Shown here piece by piece: positions 18,082-26,519 of a DNA stretch of 51,905 nucleotides (position 1 is the first letter of the stretch; each line of letters begins with the position of its first letter). Under the pieces are notes generated by a model. It saw nothing but the letters and a program-made list of their open reading frames with translations. It ran no database searches and had not been told where the DNA came from. Origin of the DNA: Candidatus Agathobaculum stercoravium. GTDB lineage: Bacteria; Bacillota; Clostridia; Oscillospirales; Butyricicoccaceae. A program made the position numbers and the translations under genes. The stretch lies in NCBI GenBank assembly GCA_019113065.1, contig DXIC01000072.1, positions 1-51,905 of the forward strand, written 5' to 3'.

Positions 18082-18110
18082 ATCGTATGCGCGCCCTGCG
18101 TCCATTATAA
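18082..18110 (-). promoter_or_regulatory. SigE-type sporulation promoter upstream of the cwlD-like gene
   Basis: TTATAAT-14 bp-CATACGAT matches the B. subtilis SigE consensus spacing. Confidence 0.65.
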
Positions 18111-18140
18111 TCCACACGATGCACTTGCGCAATAAATTCA

Positions 18141-18169
18141 TTGTCTGCTGCACAAAATCATGCTATGAT
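18141..18169 (+). promoter_or_regulatory. Sigma-A promoter of the cysteine hydrolase gene
   Basis: TTGTCT-17 bp-TATGAT with an extended TG. Confidence 0.6.
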
Positions 18170-18200
18170 GGAAATAATCAAGAAATGGAGGGACGTCACC

Positions 18201-18761
18201 ATGGAAAGAGTACCCAAACTGCTTGCAGTGATCGATTACCAGAACGATTTTGTCACCGGCTCCCTCGGCTTTGAGGGCGCCGCTGCGATCGACGACGGCA
18301 TTGCCCGCCTGGCGCAGACCTATCTCGCGCAGGGCGACCATGTGCTGTTTACCTACGACACGCACGACGGCACCTATCTCGAGACCCGCGAAGGACGCGC
18401 GCTGCCCATCCCGCACTGCAACCCAGAGGAGACTGGCTGGCGGCTGTACGGCAAAACGCAGGAGCTTTGCTGCGAAACCTGTGCCAACCACCAGATCCAT
18501 ACCGTGTGCAAACATGCGCTCGGCATGCCGCCCGCAGAACTGATCAAGCTCGGTCAGGAGCTGCCCGGCCTGCGTGAGATCATGGTGGTGGGTGTGGTGA
18601 CCAACATGTGTGTACTGTCCAATGCGGTGCTCATGCAGGCGCAGTGGCCGGAAGCACAGATCACGGTAGATGCTGCACTCTGCCGCAGCTTTGACCCGGT
18701 GCTGCACGAAAAGGCGCTTGACGTGATGCAGGGCCTGCAAATGACAGTGATCAACCGATGA
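18201..18761 (+). CDS. Isochorismatase-family cysteine hydrolase (nicotinamidase/PncA-like)
   Basis: VIDYQNDFVTGSLG, DTH, PHC and GVVTNMCV catalytic motifs. Confidence 0.9.
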   Translation: MERVPKLLAVIDYQNDFVTGSLGFEGAAAIDDGIARLAQTYLAQGDHVLFTYDTHDGTYLETREGRALPIPHCNPEETGWRLYGKTQELCCETCANHQIHTVCKHALGMPPAELIKLGQELPGLREIMVVGVVTNMCVLSNAVLMQAQWPEAQITVDAALCRSFDPVLHEKALDVMQGLQMTVINR

Positions 18762-18780
18762 AGATTGCTCAAGTGGTTAT

Positions 18781-18813
18781 AAAAAGAGGGCTTTCCGTGA
18801 GGAAGCCCTCTTT
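18781..18813. terminator. Bidirectional terminator
   Basis: AAAGAGGGCTT...AAGCCCTCTTT stem between convergent genes. Confidence 0.8.
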
Positions 18814-18816
18814 CCC

Positions 18817-19068
18817 TTATCTGCTGCTTCGGCGCAGCGTATCCAGCATGGTAGAAACCGTGAGCTTGCGCGCGAACGATTCCCGGAAGCGCACGGATTT
18901 TTCCTTGCCTGCGGCCCTCAGCTCTTCCAGCAAAGCGGAAATCTCCGCCTGCTCGCGCTCGAGCTGCTCCATCATATCCTCCCACCGGCCAAGGCGCGTG
19001 ATTGCCTGTGCCTGCGCTTCCGGTGCAACCGTGTAGCCGTCCGCGGTTTTCTGTGTCATCCTTTCCAT
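18817..19068 (-). CDS. Small hypothetical coiled-coil protein (~83 aa)
   Basis: AGGAGG/AAGGA RBS, own TTGCAT-16 bp-TATAAT promoter (19113-19140), a terminator downstream and a helical E/R-rich sequence. Confidence 0.7.
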   Translation of the reverse strand: MERMTQKTADGYTVAPEAQAQAITRLGRWEDMMEQLEREQAEISALLEELRAAGKEKSVRFRESFARKLTVSTMLDTLRRSSR

Positions 19069-19172
19069 CTTTTCCTTTCCCTCCTGTGGTGTGATTTGTG
19101 TATGATAAGCCAATTATACCAACGCCGCCATAAAATGCAACAACCAGTTGCAATCTCTTTCCCAGGCTCCAT

Positions 19173-19201
19173 TTGCGAACCCCTTTATTATATGATATAC
19201 T
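19173..19201 (+). promoter_or_regulatory. Sigma-A promoter of the serine recombinase gene
   Basis: TTGCGA-17 bp-TATACT with an extended TG. Confidence 0.7.
19187..19196 (+). repeat. 10-bp direct repeat ATTATATGAT, left copy
   Basis: Identical to 20980-20989; the two copies flank the recombinase gene. Biological meaning is uncertain. Confidence 0.4.
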
Positions 19202-19237
19202 AATCATGTTACAACGAACTTTTTAGGAGCGCTTGAT

Positions 19238-20917
19238 ATGGACGTACATGCCATCCGCCAACAGATGAAAACACACCCGATTTACGACATCCCGCTGCGC
19301 GTCACCTTCTATGCCCGTGTATCCAGTGAAAGCGACGAACAGCTTAACTCTCTGGATAACCAGATCGGGTATTACCGCGACTTTATCCAGCGCAACAATG
19401 CATGGATATTTGTAGACGGCTATATCGACGAAGGCCTTTCCGGCATGACAACAAAGAAACGTGAAAACTTCCATCGCATGATCGAGGACGGCAAAGCGGG
19501 CCTGTTTGACCTGGTCATCACCAAGGAGATCACACGATTCGCCCGCAATACGCTGGACAGCATCCAGTTCACCCGTGACCTGCTTGCCGCCGGGGTGGGC
19601 GTCTTCTTTCAGAATGACAATATCAATACCTTTGAGGAGGACTCTGAGCTTCGCCTGACCATCATGTCCGGTATTGCGCAGGACGAGCTGCGCAAGCTGT
19701 CCGGCCGCGTCAAATTCGGCCATCAGCAGGCGATCAAAAACAGTGTTGTATTGGGCAACAGCCGCATTTTCGGCTATCGCAAGGACAATAAACGTCTGGT
19801 GATCGATGAAGAGGAAGCCCCTATGGTGCGCGAGCTGTTCGAGCTCTATGCGACCGACCAATACAGCATGAAGCAGATTGAAACCCTGTTCTGGGAGAAA
19901 GGCTACCGCAACCATAATGGCAGGCGTATTGCACACACCACCATGTCCGGCATAATCTCCAACCCCAAATACAAGGGCTACTATGTCGGCAACAAGGTCC
20001 GCATCGTTGACATGTTCACCAAAAAGCAGAAATTCCTCCCAGCGGAGGAATGGGTGATGTTCAAAGATGAAACCGGCGAAATCGTACCTGCCATTGTGTC
20101 CGAAGAACTGTGGGATGCAGCCAACGCAGTGCTCACCCGCCGCAGCAGGGATGTTAAACAGCGGCAGGGCCGGTGCAACCACGGCAACCTGCTGACCGGC
20201 AAGCTGTTCTGCACGCACTGCGGCGCCGCTTACTACCGGAGGGACTCCCGGGACAAGCAGGGCAACGTGAACAGCAAATGGGTGTGCTCGGGCAAGATCA
20301 AAAACGGCGCTGGCTCCTGCCCTTCCCTGCCGCTTTACGAGGATGAACTGAAGCCTGTCCTTTTCGATGTTTTCCAGCAGGCCGAGGCCGATGCGGACGC
20401 ACTGATCGACCGGTATATTGCCATGTATCAATCCATCCGGCAGGATGGGCAGGGGATCGGGCAGCGGCTCGAAGCCGTGCGCGCCCGCCGCGCGCTTGCA
20501 GAAAAGAAAAAGAATAAGCTGCTCGAATATAACGTCACCGGCCAGATCAGCGACCGCGACTTTCTGCAAATGAACCGGCAGTGCGACGACGAAATTGCTG
20601 CGGCCGAGCAGGAGCTCAGTGAACTGGAAGAGCAGAAAAACAGCGACGCCGCCTTCCGCGAACACATCGCCACGCTGCGGCGCGTGCTCCAGGAGGCAAA
20701 ACGCGATGCGGCAAATGGGCTGATCAACCGGGAGTTTGTTGAAAAATATATAAGCAGCATCCTTGTAACCGTGGAAAACGATAAAATCGATCTGCAAATC
20801 AAACTTTTCACCGATGAAACAGCCACACGGTATCTGGAAAAACTCGAACGTCGTACGGGGCACACGTTCAAGAAGATGATCGAATCCTACGAGCAGAACC
20901 TGGCCAGCCAGGGCTAA
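19238..20917 (+). CDS. Large serine recombinase (resolvase N-terminus, recombinase, Zn ribbon, coiled coil)
   Basis: FYARVSS catalytic Ser, YIDEGLSG, KEITRFARN, FGY, NPKYKG, PAIVSEELW and LTGKLFCTHCG...WVC...C motifs. Confidence 0.95.
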   Translation: MDVHAIRQQMKTHPIYDIPLRVTFYARVSSESDEQLNSLDNQIGYYRDFIQRNNAWIFVDGYIDEGLSGMTTKKRENFHRMIEDGKAGLFDLVITKEITRFARNTLDSIQFTRDLLAAGVGVFFQNDNINTFEEDSELRLTIMSGIAQDELRKLSGRVKFGHQQAIKNSVVLGNSRIFGYRKDNKRLVIDEEEAPMVRELFELYATDQYSMKQIETLFWEKGYRNHNGRRIAHTTMSGIISNPKYKGYYVGNKVRIVDMFTKKQKFLPAEEWVMFKDETGEIVPAIVSEELWDAANAVLTRRSRDVKQRQGRCNHGNLLTGKLFCTHCGAAYYRRDSRDKQGNVNSKWVCSGKIKNGAGSCPSLPLYEDELKPVLFDVFQQAEADADALIDRYIAMYQSIRQDGQGIGQRLEAVRARRALAEKKKNKLLEYNVTGQISDRDFLQMNRQCDDEIAAAEQELSELEEQKNSDAAFREHIATLRRVLQEAKRDAANGLINREFVEKYISSILVTVENDKIDLQIKLFTDETATRYLEKLERRTGHTFKKMIESYEQNLASQG

Positions 20918-20933
20918 CCCCCTGAGATAAAGC

Positions 20934-20974
20934 GAGCGCGGTTTCCAAAGGGTATTTGGAAACCGCGCTCTTTT
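20934..20974. terminator. Terminator between the recombinase gene and ptsI
   Basis: Perfect 16-bp stem GAGCGCGGTTTCCAAA/TTTGGAAACCGCGCTC followed by TTTT. Confidence 0.85.
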
Positions 20975-20979
20975 CATGC

Positions 20980-20989
20980 ATTATATGAT
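20980..20989 (+). repeat. 10-bp direct repeat ATTATATGAT, right copy
   Basis: Identical to 19187-19196. Confidence 0.4.
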
Positions 20990-20993
20990 TGGT

Positions 20994-22706
20994 TTACGCG
21001 CGCCACTCAGCAAACAGCTGCTCCGCTTCGGTTGCGCTGGTGGCTGCAACCAGCTTATCTGCCAGCTCCTTGCACTCCGCATACGAATGCGCCGCCAAAT
21101 CAGCCTTGGCCGCCAGCATCGCGGACGCCGACATGGACAGGTTGGTCACACCCAGGCCGCACAGCACGGGCGCCATGCCCGGCGTACCGGCCATTTCGCC
21201 GCATACGCCGACCTCGATACCGTTCTCGTTTGCCGCTTTGGCGGTCATAGCGATCAGGCGCAGCACGCCCGGATGCAGCGGACGGTACAGATAGGAGATC
21301 TTTTCGTTGATGCGGTCGACCGCACAGGAATACTGGATCAGGTCGTTCGTGCCGATCGAGAAGAAGTCGACCTCCTTGGCCAGCACGTCCGCGCAGACAG
21401 CTGCAACCGGGATCTCAACCATGATGCCGACCTTGACATCCGGATTGAACGGCACGCCCTCGGCCGCCAGCAGATCCTTTGCCTGCTGCAAAACCTGCTT
21501 GGCGTTGCGGATTTCCTCGATAGACGAGATCATCGGGAACATGATGCGCAGGTCGCCGTACTTGGCCGCACGCAACAGCGCACGCAGCTGGGTCAGGAAC
21601 AGGTCGGTCTTGTTCAGGCAGATACGGATCGCACGGTAGCCGAGGAAGGGGTTCTGTTCCTTCTCCAGCTCGAGCGCCGGGACTTCCTTATCGCCGCCGA
21701 TATCCAGCGTACGGATGATGACCGGCTTGCCCGCCAGCGCTTCGCAAGCCTTCTTGTATGCTTCAAACTGCTCTTCTTCGCTCGGCAGGTCGTCGCGGTC
21801 CATAAACAGGAACTCGGAACGGAACAGGCCGACGCCCTCGCCGCCCAGCTCCGCAACGCGCACCGCATCATCCGGCTTGCCGATATTGCCCTCGATCACA
21901 ATGCGGCGGCCGTCGCTGGTCTCGCCCGGACGGTCCTTGAACTTGGCGAGCATCGCCTTGCGCCCATCCTCGGCCTTTTTCTTCTCCGCGAACTGCGCCA
22001 GCGTCTCTGCATCCGGATCCGCAATGACCTCGCCGGATACGCCGTCGAGCAGCAGCTCGGTACCGTCCTCAATGCCGTCCACCTTGTCGCCCGCGCCGGC
22101 AACCGCCGGGACGCCCATGGAACGCGCCATGATCGCGGAATGGCTGGTGCGTCCGCCGATGCGCGTGATAAAGCCGACGACCGGCTTGCCGCCGATCTTC
22201 GCGGTATCGGACGGGGTCAGGTCGTTGGCGATGATGATGCACGGCTCCGTGATCGTATCGATTGCGTTGTCCGCAATGCCCTTGAGGTTTTTGAGCACGC
22301 GCTGGGAAATATCGCCGATATCGGCGGCGCGCGCCTGCATGTATTCGTCATCCATCGCTCGGAACATGGCCTGGAAATTCTCACAGTTGACAAAGCACGC
22401 ATACTCTGCGCAGACCATCTCGTCTGCAACCAGGTTTGTCATGCCTTCTACGAAATCCGGGTCGTCCAGCATGAGCAGATGGGCGTCAAAAATCTCCGCC
22501 TCTGCCGCGCCGATATTCTTTTCCGCTTCATCCCGCAGGATCTCAATCTGCTTTTTTGCTTTTTCCACTGCGTCCAGCACGCGCTGCTGCTCCGCTGCAA
22601 CGTCAGTGATCGTATCTTTCACGACCGTCAGGTCGGCTTCTTTGATCACCAGGGCCCTGGCATGCGCCAGGCCTTCGGAAACGCCAATTGCTTTGAACTT
22701 GAACAT
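20994..22706 (-). CDS. ptsI: PEP-protein phosphotransferase (PTS enzyme I)
   Basis: GGRTSHSAIMAR phospho-His motif, GLFRSEF, RTLDIGGDK, NPFLGYRAIR, SIGTNDL and CGEMAG. Confidence 0.97.
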   Translation of the reverse strand: MFKFKAIGVSEGLAHARALVIKEADLTVVKDTITDVAAEQQRVLDAVEKAKKQIEILRDEAEKNIGAAEAEIFDAHLLMLDDPDFVEGMTNLVADEMVCAEYACFVNCENFQAMFRAMDDEYMQARAADIGDISQRVLKNLKGIADNAIDTITEPCIIIANDLTPSDTAKIGGKPVVGFITRIGGRTSHSAIMARSMGVPAVAGAGDKVDGIEDGTELLLDGVSGEVIADPDAETLAQFAEKKKAEDGRKAMLAKFKDRPGETSDGRRIVIEGNIGKPDDAVRVAELGGEGVGLFRSEFLFMDRDDLPSEEEQFEAYKKACEALAGKPVIIRTLDIGGDKEVPALELEKEQNPFLGYRAIRICLNKTDLFLTQLRALLRAAKYGDLRIMFPMISSIEEIRNAKQVLQQAKDLLAAEGVPFNPDVKVGIMVEIPVAAVCADVLAKEVDFFSIGTNDLIQYSCAVDRINEKISYLYRPLHPGVLRLIAMTAKAANENGIEVGVCGEMAGTPGMAPVLCGLGVTNLSMSASAMLAAKADLAAHSYAECKELADKLVAATSATEAEQLFAEWRA

Positions 22707-22767
22707 TTTTATCTCCCTCCGCTTGTTGTAATTCTTCTACAAATTCCAACCCATTTTCTCCTATAAT

Positions 22768-22796
22768 ATCGTACAATATTTCTCGCCGTGCGTCAA
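22768..22796 (-). promoter_or_regulatory. Sigma-A promoter of ptsI
   Basis: TTGACG-17 bp-TACGAT. Confidence 0.65.
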
Positions 22797-22908
22797 GTGC
22801 AGGAAACAATTTTCACAAAACTTGCTATTTTTGAAAAACCCCATGTTTTGCACGCTATTTTCTGCTATACTTAAACTGATCCAAATCCAATGCAGGAGGA
22901 AAATAATC

Positions 22909-24219
22909 ATGGCTAATCGCTGCACCCATATCCCTGAAATCATGCTGCCCCGCGAGGGCACAGACCTTTCCAAGTGGGCGGTCATTGCCTGCGACCAATA
23001 CACCTCGCAGCCGGAATACTGGGCGGAGACCGACCGCATTGTCGGCGACGCTCCCTCTACCCTGCGGCTGACGCTTCCCGAAGTCTATCTTGAGGATGCA
23101 GATGTCGCCGCGCGCACCGGGCAGATCCACGAGACCATGCGCCGGTACATAGCAGACGGCACGCTGCGCACCCTGCCCGCCGGCGTGGTGCTGACCGAGC
23201 GCTGGTCGGGCGGCAGCTGCCCGCGCCGCGGCATTGTGCTCGCAGTCGATCTGGAAGCCTACGAATACACCCCCGGCTCTGCTTCGCTCATCCGCCCGAC
23301 CGAGAAAACCGTTGTCGAGCGTATCCCGCCGCGCCTCAAGGTGCGTCAGGGCGCATGCATGGAGCTGCCGCATATCATGATCCTGATCGACGACCCGGAC
23401 CGCAGCATCATCGAACCGCTGTTTGACAAAACCGCCTCCTTTGAAAAGCTGTACGACACCGACCTGATGCAGAACGGGGGCCATATCACCGGCTGGTTCA
23501 TCCCCAAGAGCGTGGAAACCGACGCGATCGAAGCCGGCCTGGAAGCGCTGTGCGACCGCGAGGCCTTCAACAAAAAGTACGGCTGCACGGATGCGCAGGC
23601 ACTGCTCCCCTATGCGGTCGGCGACGGCAACCACTCCATGGCGACCGCAAAGGCCTACTGGGAAGAGATCAAGCAGGGTCTGTCCGCCGAGGAGCAGGAA
23701 AACCATCCCGCACGTTACGCACTGGTCGAGGTGGTCAACATCCACGACGAAAGCCTGATCATCGAGCCGATCCACCGCGTGCTGTTCGGCGTGGAGACCG
23801 ACGGGCTGCTCAGCGGCCTTGCCGCGTTCTATGAGGCGCAGGGCTGCAAGGCCTATATGGCCGACAAGGTGCCGGAGGGCAGCAACGCGCATTGCTACCC
23901 GTTTTATGCAGCGGACAAGTGCGGCGTTTTCGTTGTCGAAAACCCCAAGTGGTCGATCCCGGTCGCTACCATGCAGACCGGCCTCGACGCCTATGCAGCA
24001 GAGCACAGCAGCGTCAAGATCGACTATATCCACGGTGCGGACGTCGTCGAATCCCTCGGCAAAAAGCCGGGCAACATCGGCTTTATCCTGCCCGACATTG
24101 CCAAGAACGACCTGTTCCGCGGCGTCGTGTTTGACGGTGTGCTTCCCCGCAAGACCTTCTCCATGGGCGAAGCGCACGAAAAGCGCTACTACATGGAAGC
24201 AAAAACCATCGTCAAGTAA
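22909..24219 (+). CDS. DUF1015-family protein
   Basis: WAVIACDQYTS, IRPTEKT...RIPPR, GDGNHSMATAK and LPRKTFSMG motifs; AGGAGG RBS. Confidence 0.85.
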   Translation: MANRCTHIPEIMLPREGTDLSKWAVIACDQYTSQPEYWAETDRIVGDAPSTLRLTLPEVYLEDADVAARTGQIHETMRRYIADGTLRTLPAGVVLTERWSGGSCPRRGIVLAVDLEAYEYTPGSASLIRPTEKTVVERIPPRLKVRQGACMELPHIMILIDDPDRSIIEPLFDKTASFEKLYDTDLMQNGGHITGWFIPKSVETDAIEAGLEALCDREAFNKKYGCTDAQALLPYAVGDGNHSMATAKAYWEEIKQGLSAEEQENHPARYALVEVVNIHDESLIIEPIHRVLFGVETDGLLSGLAAFYEAQGCKAYMADKVPEGSNAHCYPFYAADKCGVFVVENPKWSIPVATMQTGLDAYAAEHSSVKIDYIHGADVVESLGKKPGNIGFILPDIAKNDLFRGVVFDGVLPRKTFSMGEAHEKRYYMEAKTIVK

Positions 24220-24790
24220 TTAATTCTCCGGATTTGGACGCAGCCCTATCGGCTGCGTCCTTTTTCGTCCAGCGGAGTACCGCCCAGCCGTTTTCAACTG
24301 TGCAGAGCACAAACGCGGGCGCGAGCGCAAACGGCTGGTCGGACGCAAAGACGCAGCGCAGCACTACCGCCTCGCCGTCCGACTCGGCCTGTACCGCGCC
24401 ACTGTCCAGCAGGCTGTCCAGCACTGTGTCGCCTGTCCGCACAGCATTCTGCGTCGTATCCGGCATTGGTTCATCGGCCTGCGGCGGCTCATCTGCCGGC
24501 CTGTCCCGCTGCGGGCTGTCCGATAAGTAAAAACGCTGCGGCGGCGCCTGTATACACCCCGCTGCCCTGAGCGTTTCCCGCGAAAGGCGCCGTGCCAGCC
24601 GCAGCCTGCCGTCCACCGGCTCCGGCAGGCCGACCAGCAGCGGCGCGCCGCCGGTCTCCCCGTAGCAGCGCAGCAGCGCAGGGGCGTCCGCCGGGCAGGC
24701 GCAGTCCAGTTCGGCCTGCACCCCATAGGCATCAGGCAGCCATAAAATCGTCCCCACCGGCTGCCCGGCAAAATAAACCTCCGCCTGCAC
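24212..24790 (-). CDS. Hypothetical protein
   Basis: GGAGGG RBS with GTG at 24790 (ATG 24796 or 24805 are alternatives); fills the gap between mazF and the DUF1015 gene; no motif recognised. Confidence 0.6.
   Translation of the reverse strand: MQAEVYFAGQPVGTILWLPDAYGVQAELDCACPADAPALLRCYGETGGAPLLVGLPEPVDGRLRLARRLSRETLRAAGCIQAPPQRFYLSDSPQRDRPADEPPQADEPMPDTTQNAVRTGDTVLDSLLDSGAVQAESDGEAVVLRCVFASDQPFALAPAFVLCTVENGWAVLRWTKKDAADRAASKSGELIT
24236..24265 (+). terminator. Terminator of the DUF1015 gene (inside the antisense ORF)
   Basis: GGACGCAGCC-ctatc-GGCTGCGTCC-TTTTT. Confidence 0.8.
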
Positions 24791-24810
24791 GGCCATCCCT
24801 CCCATAAAGC

Positions 24811-24840
24811 AAGCGCGTATCCAATACAGGATACGCGCTT
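24811..24840. terminator. Hairpin downstream of mazF, probable terminator
   Basis: AAGCGCGTATCC-6 nt-GGATACGCGCTT perfect 12-bp stem. Confidence 0.6.
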
Positions 24841-24859
24841 TTGCCATACAATATGCCGT

Positions 24860-25222
24860 TCAGCCCTGCACAGATCCCAAACCGAAGCTGACTGCCAGCG
24901 CCTCGTCCACATGGCGCATCGCATTTTCGTCAAGCGAACCCATCTTTTCCCGCAGGCGCCGTTTGTCCAGCGTGCGGATCTGCTCGGTCAGGATGATGGA
25001 ATCCTTGGTCAGGCCATAATTTGGCGCGCCGAGCGTGATATGGGTCGGCATTTTTGCTTTATTGACCTGCGATGTAATGGCGGCGGCGATCACGGTCGGG
25101 CTGTAACGGTTACCGACGTTGTTCTGCACGATCAGCACCGGGCGGATACCGCCCTGCTCGCTGCCGACCACCGGGCTGAGATCGGCGTAGTAAATATCTC
25201 CCCGTTTGATGCTGGTATCCAC
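24860..25222 (-). CDS. mazF: EndoA/MazF (PemK-family) mRNA interferase toxin
   Basis: [29 protein letters not shown]...[11 protein letters not shown]...PTH...[11 protein letters not shown] closely resembles B. subtilis NdoA; GTG start; downstream of alr. Confidence 0.95.
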   Translation of the reverse strand: MDTSIKRGDIYYADLSPVVGSEQGGIRPVLIVQNNVGNRYSPTVIAAAITSQVNKAKMPTHITLGAPNYGLTKDSIILTEQIRTLDKRRLREKMGSLDENAMRHVDEALAVSFGLGSVQG

Positions 25223-25241
25223 TTTGGTTCACACTCCGATG

Positions 25242-25275
25242 AAATAGATTTGCGGTTTTGTCCGCAAACCTATTT
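25242..25275. other. 14-bp stem-loop in the mazF leader
   Basis: Minus strand AAATAGGTTTGCGG-acaaaa-CCGCAAATCTATTT (one G-U pair), ending 4 nt before the GGAG RBS. Confidence 0.7.
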
Positions 25276-25378
25276 TCCCCATGCCGCAAAAAAATATAAC
25301 AGATACACAAAAAATATACCGGCACAGGGATACAGGAATTTCTCCCCGATCCATCCTATGCCGGTAAAGGGCAAGTTG

Positions 25379-26500
25379 TCATTCGCTGTAAAAACGGGGC
25401 ACGCGGCGGCTCACCGCGCATACCACCTCATAGGAGATCGTGCCCGCAGCCTCTGCCGCGTCCTCCGCAGTCCAGATTTCCGGTCCAAACACGGTCACCT
25501 CATCGCCGCGGTGCACCTGCACGCCGTCCGGTACGCGCACCATACACATGTCCATGCAGATGCGGCCAAGCACGGGCGCTTTTTGCCCGCCGAGCACGAC
25601 ATGCGCCCGGCCTGAGCCGGTGCGCAGGAAGCCGTCCGCATAGCCAATGGATACAACCGCCATTCTGGTCGGCCCGCTGGTCTCAAAGGTACGGCCATAG
25701 CTGACCGTCGTATGCGCCGGGATATCGCGCACCTGTACCACGCGCGCCTTGACCGCCATGGCGGGTTTGAGGTCGAGCACAGGCGGCACAGATGCATCCG
25801 GGCGATAGCCGTACAGGATGATGCCCGCGCGGGTCATGGTGCAATGCATCTGTTCATAAAACTGGATGCCGCCGCTGTTGGCACAGTGGCGCAGCGGCAG
25901 GTCAAGCCCGGCCTGCCGCAGGCCTTCACACACGTCCGCAAACCGTTTGTATTGCAGCTCGGTGTATTCCTTGCCTTCCGGCACATCGGACACTGCAAAA
26001 TGGGTGAAAATCCCTTCTGAATGCAGCCCCGGCAGCGCTGCGCAGTCCAGGATGTCCCGTATGGTCTGGGCGCAGTCCCACGACGGGAAACCCAGCCGCG
26101 TCATGCCGGTGTCCAGCTTGTAATGTACCGTGATTTGCTTTCCCGTGCGGACAGCCGCTTCACTCAGCAGCTGCGCCGTCTCCCGGTCATAGACCGGCGC
26201 GGTGATACCGAAACGCGCAATGTCGTCCATATCCGCCGCATCCACATAACCAAGGATCAGGATCGGGCTTGTAATCCCGTTTTCGCGCAGTTCGACCGCT
26301 TCCGGCACGGTCGCTGCCGCAAAATACGGCGCCCCGATCTCTTGCAGGCGTTTTGCGACCGGTACAGCGCCGTGCCCATACGCGTCCGCCTTGACGACGC
26401 ACAGCACAGGCGCTTTCGCATATGCACAGATCTCACGGTAGTTGTGTTCGATCGCACCCAGATCGACCTCTGCCCAGGTGCGGTGTTTGCTTGGTTGCAT
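25379..26500 (-). CDS. alr: Alanine racemase
   Basis: VVKADAYGHG PLP-lysine motif, KLDTGMTRLG, THFA, HCANSGG, VSYG, GYADG and GRICMD. Confidence 0.97.
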   Translation of the reverse strand: MQPSKHRTWAEVDLGAIEHNYREICAYAKAPVLCVVKADAYGHGAVPVAKRLQEIGAPYFAAATVPEAVELRENGITSPILILGYVDAADMDDIARFGITAPVYDRETAQLLSEAAVRTGKQITVHYKLDTGMTRLGFPSWDCAQTIRDILDCAALPGLHSEGIFTHFAVSDVPEGKEYTELQYKRFADVCEGLRQAGLDLPLRHCANSGGIQFYEQMHCTMTRAGIILYGYRPDASVPPVLDLKPAMAVKARVVQVRDIPAHTTVSYGRTFETSGPTRMAVVSIGYADGFLRTGSGRAHVVLGGQKAPVLGRICMDMCMVRVPDGVQVHRGDEVTVFGPEIWTAEDAAEAAGTISYEVVCAVSRRVPRFYSE

Positions 26501-26519
26501 GTTTCGTTCATCCCCAAAT

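Noticed and set aside
19223-22766. Very long antisense ORFs (19223..20977 minus, 20976..22766 plus, and similar ones opposite dnaE, der and the DUF1015 gene)
   Set aside because: They mirror well-supported genes, lack RBSs and motifs, and are the expected shadow frames of GC-rich codon usage.
22756-22785. TCCTATAATAT resembling the left arm of a Firmicute dif site
   Set aside because: There is no TTATGT-type right arm, and the sequence is explained by the ptsI promoter region.
25229-25354. 41-aa ORF MDRGEIPVSLCRYIFCVSVIFFCG... in the alr-mazF gap as a possible antitoxin
   Set aside because: No properly spaced RBS, it runs through AT-rich promoter-like sequence, and it does not resemble RHH or AbrB antitoxins. 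It cannot be fully excluded without ribosome profiling.
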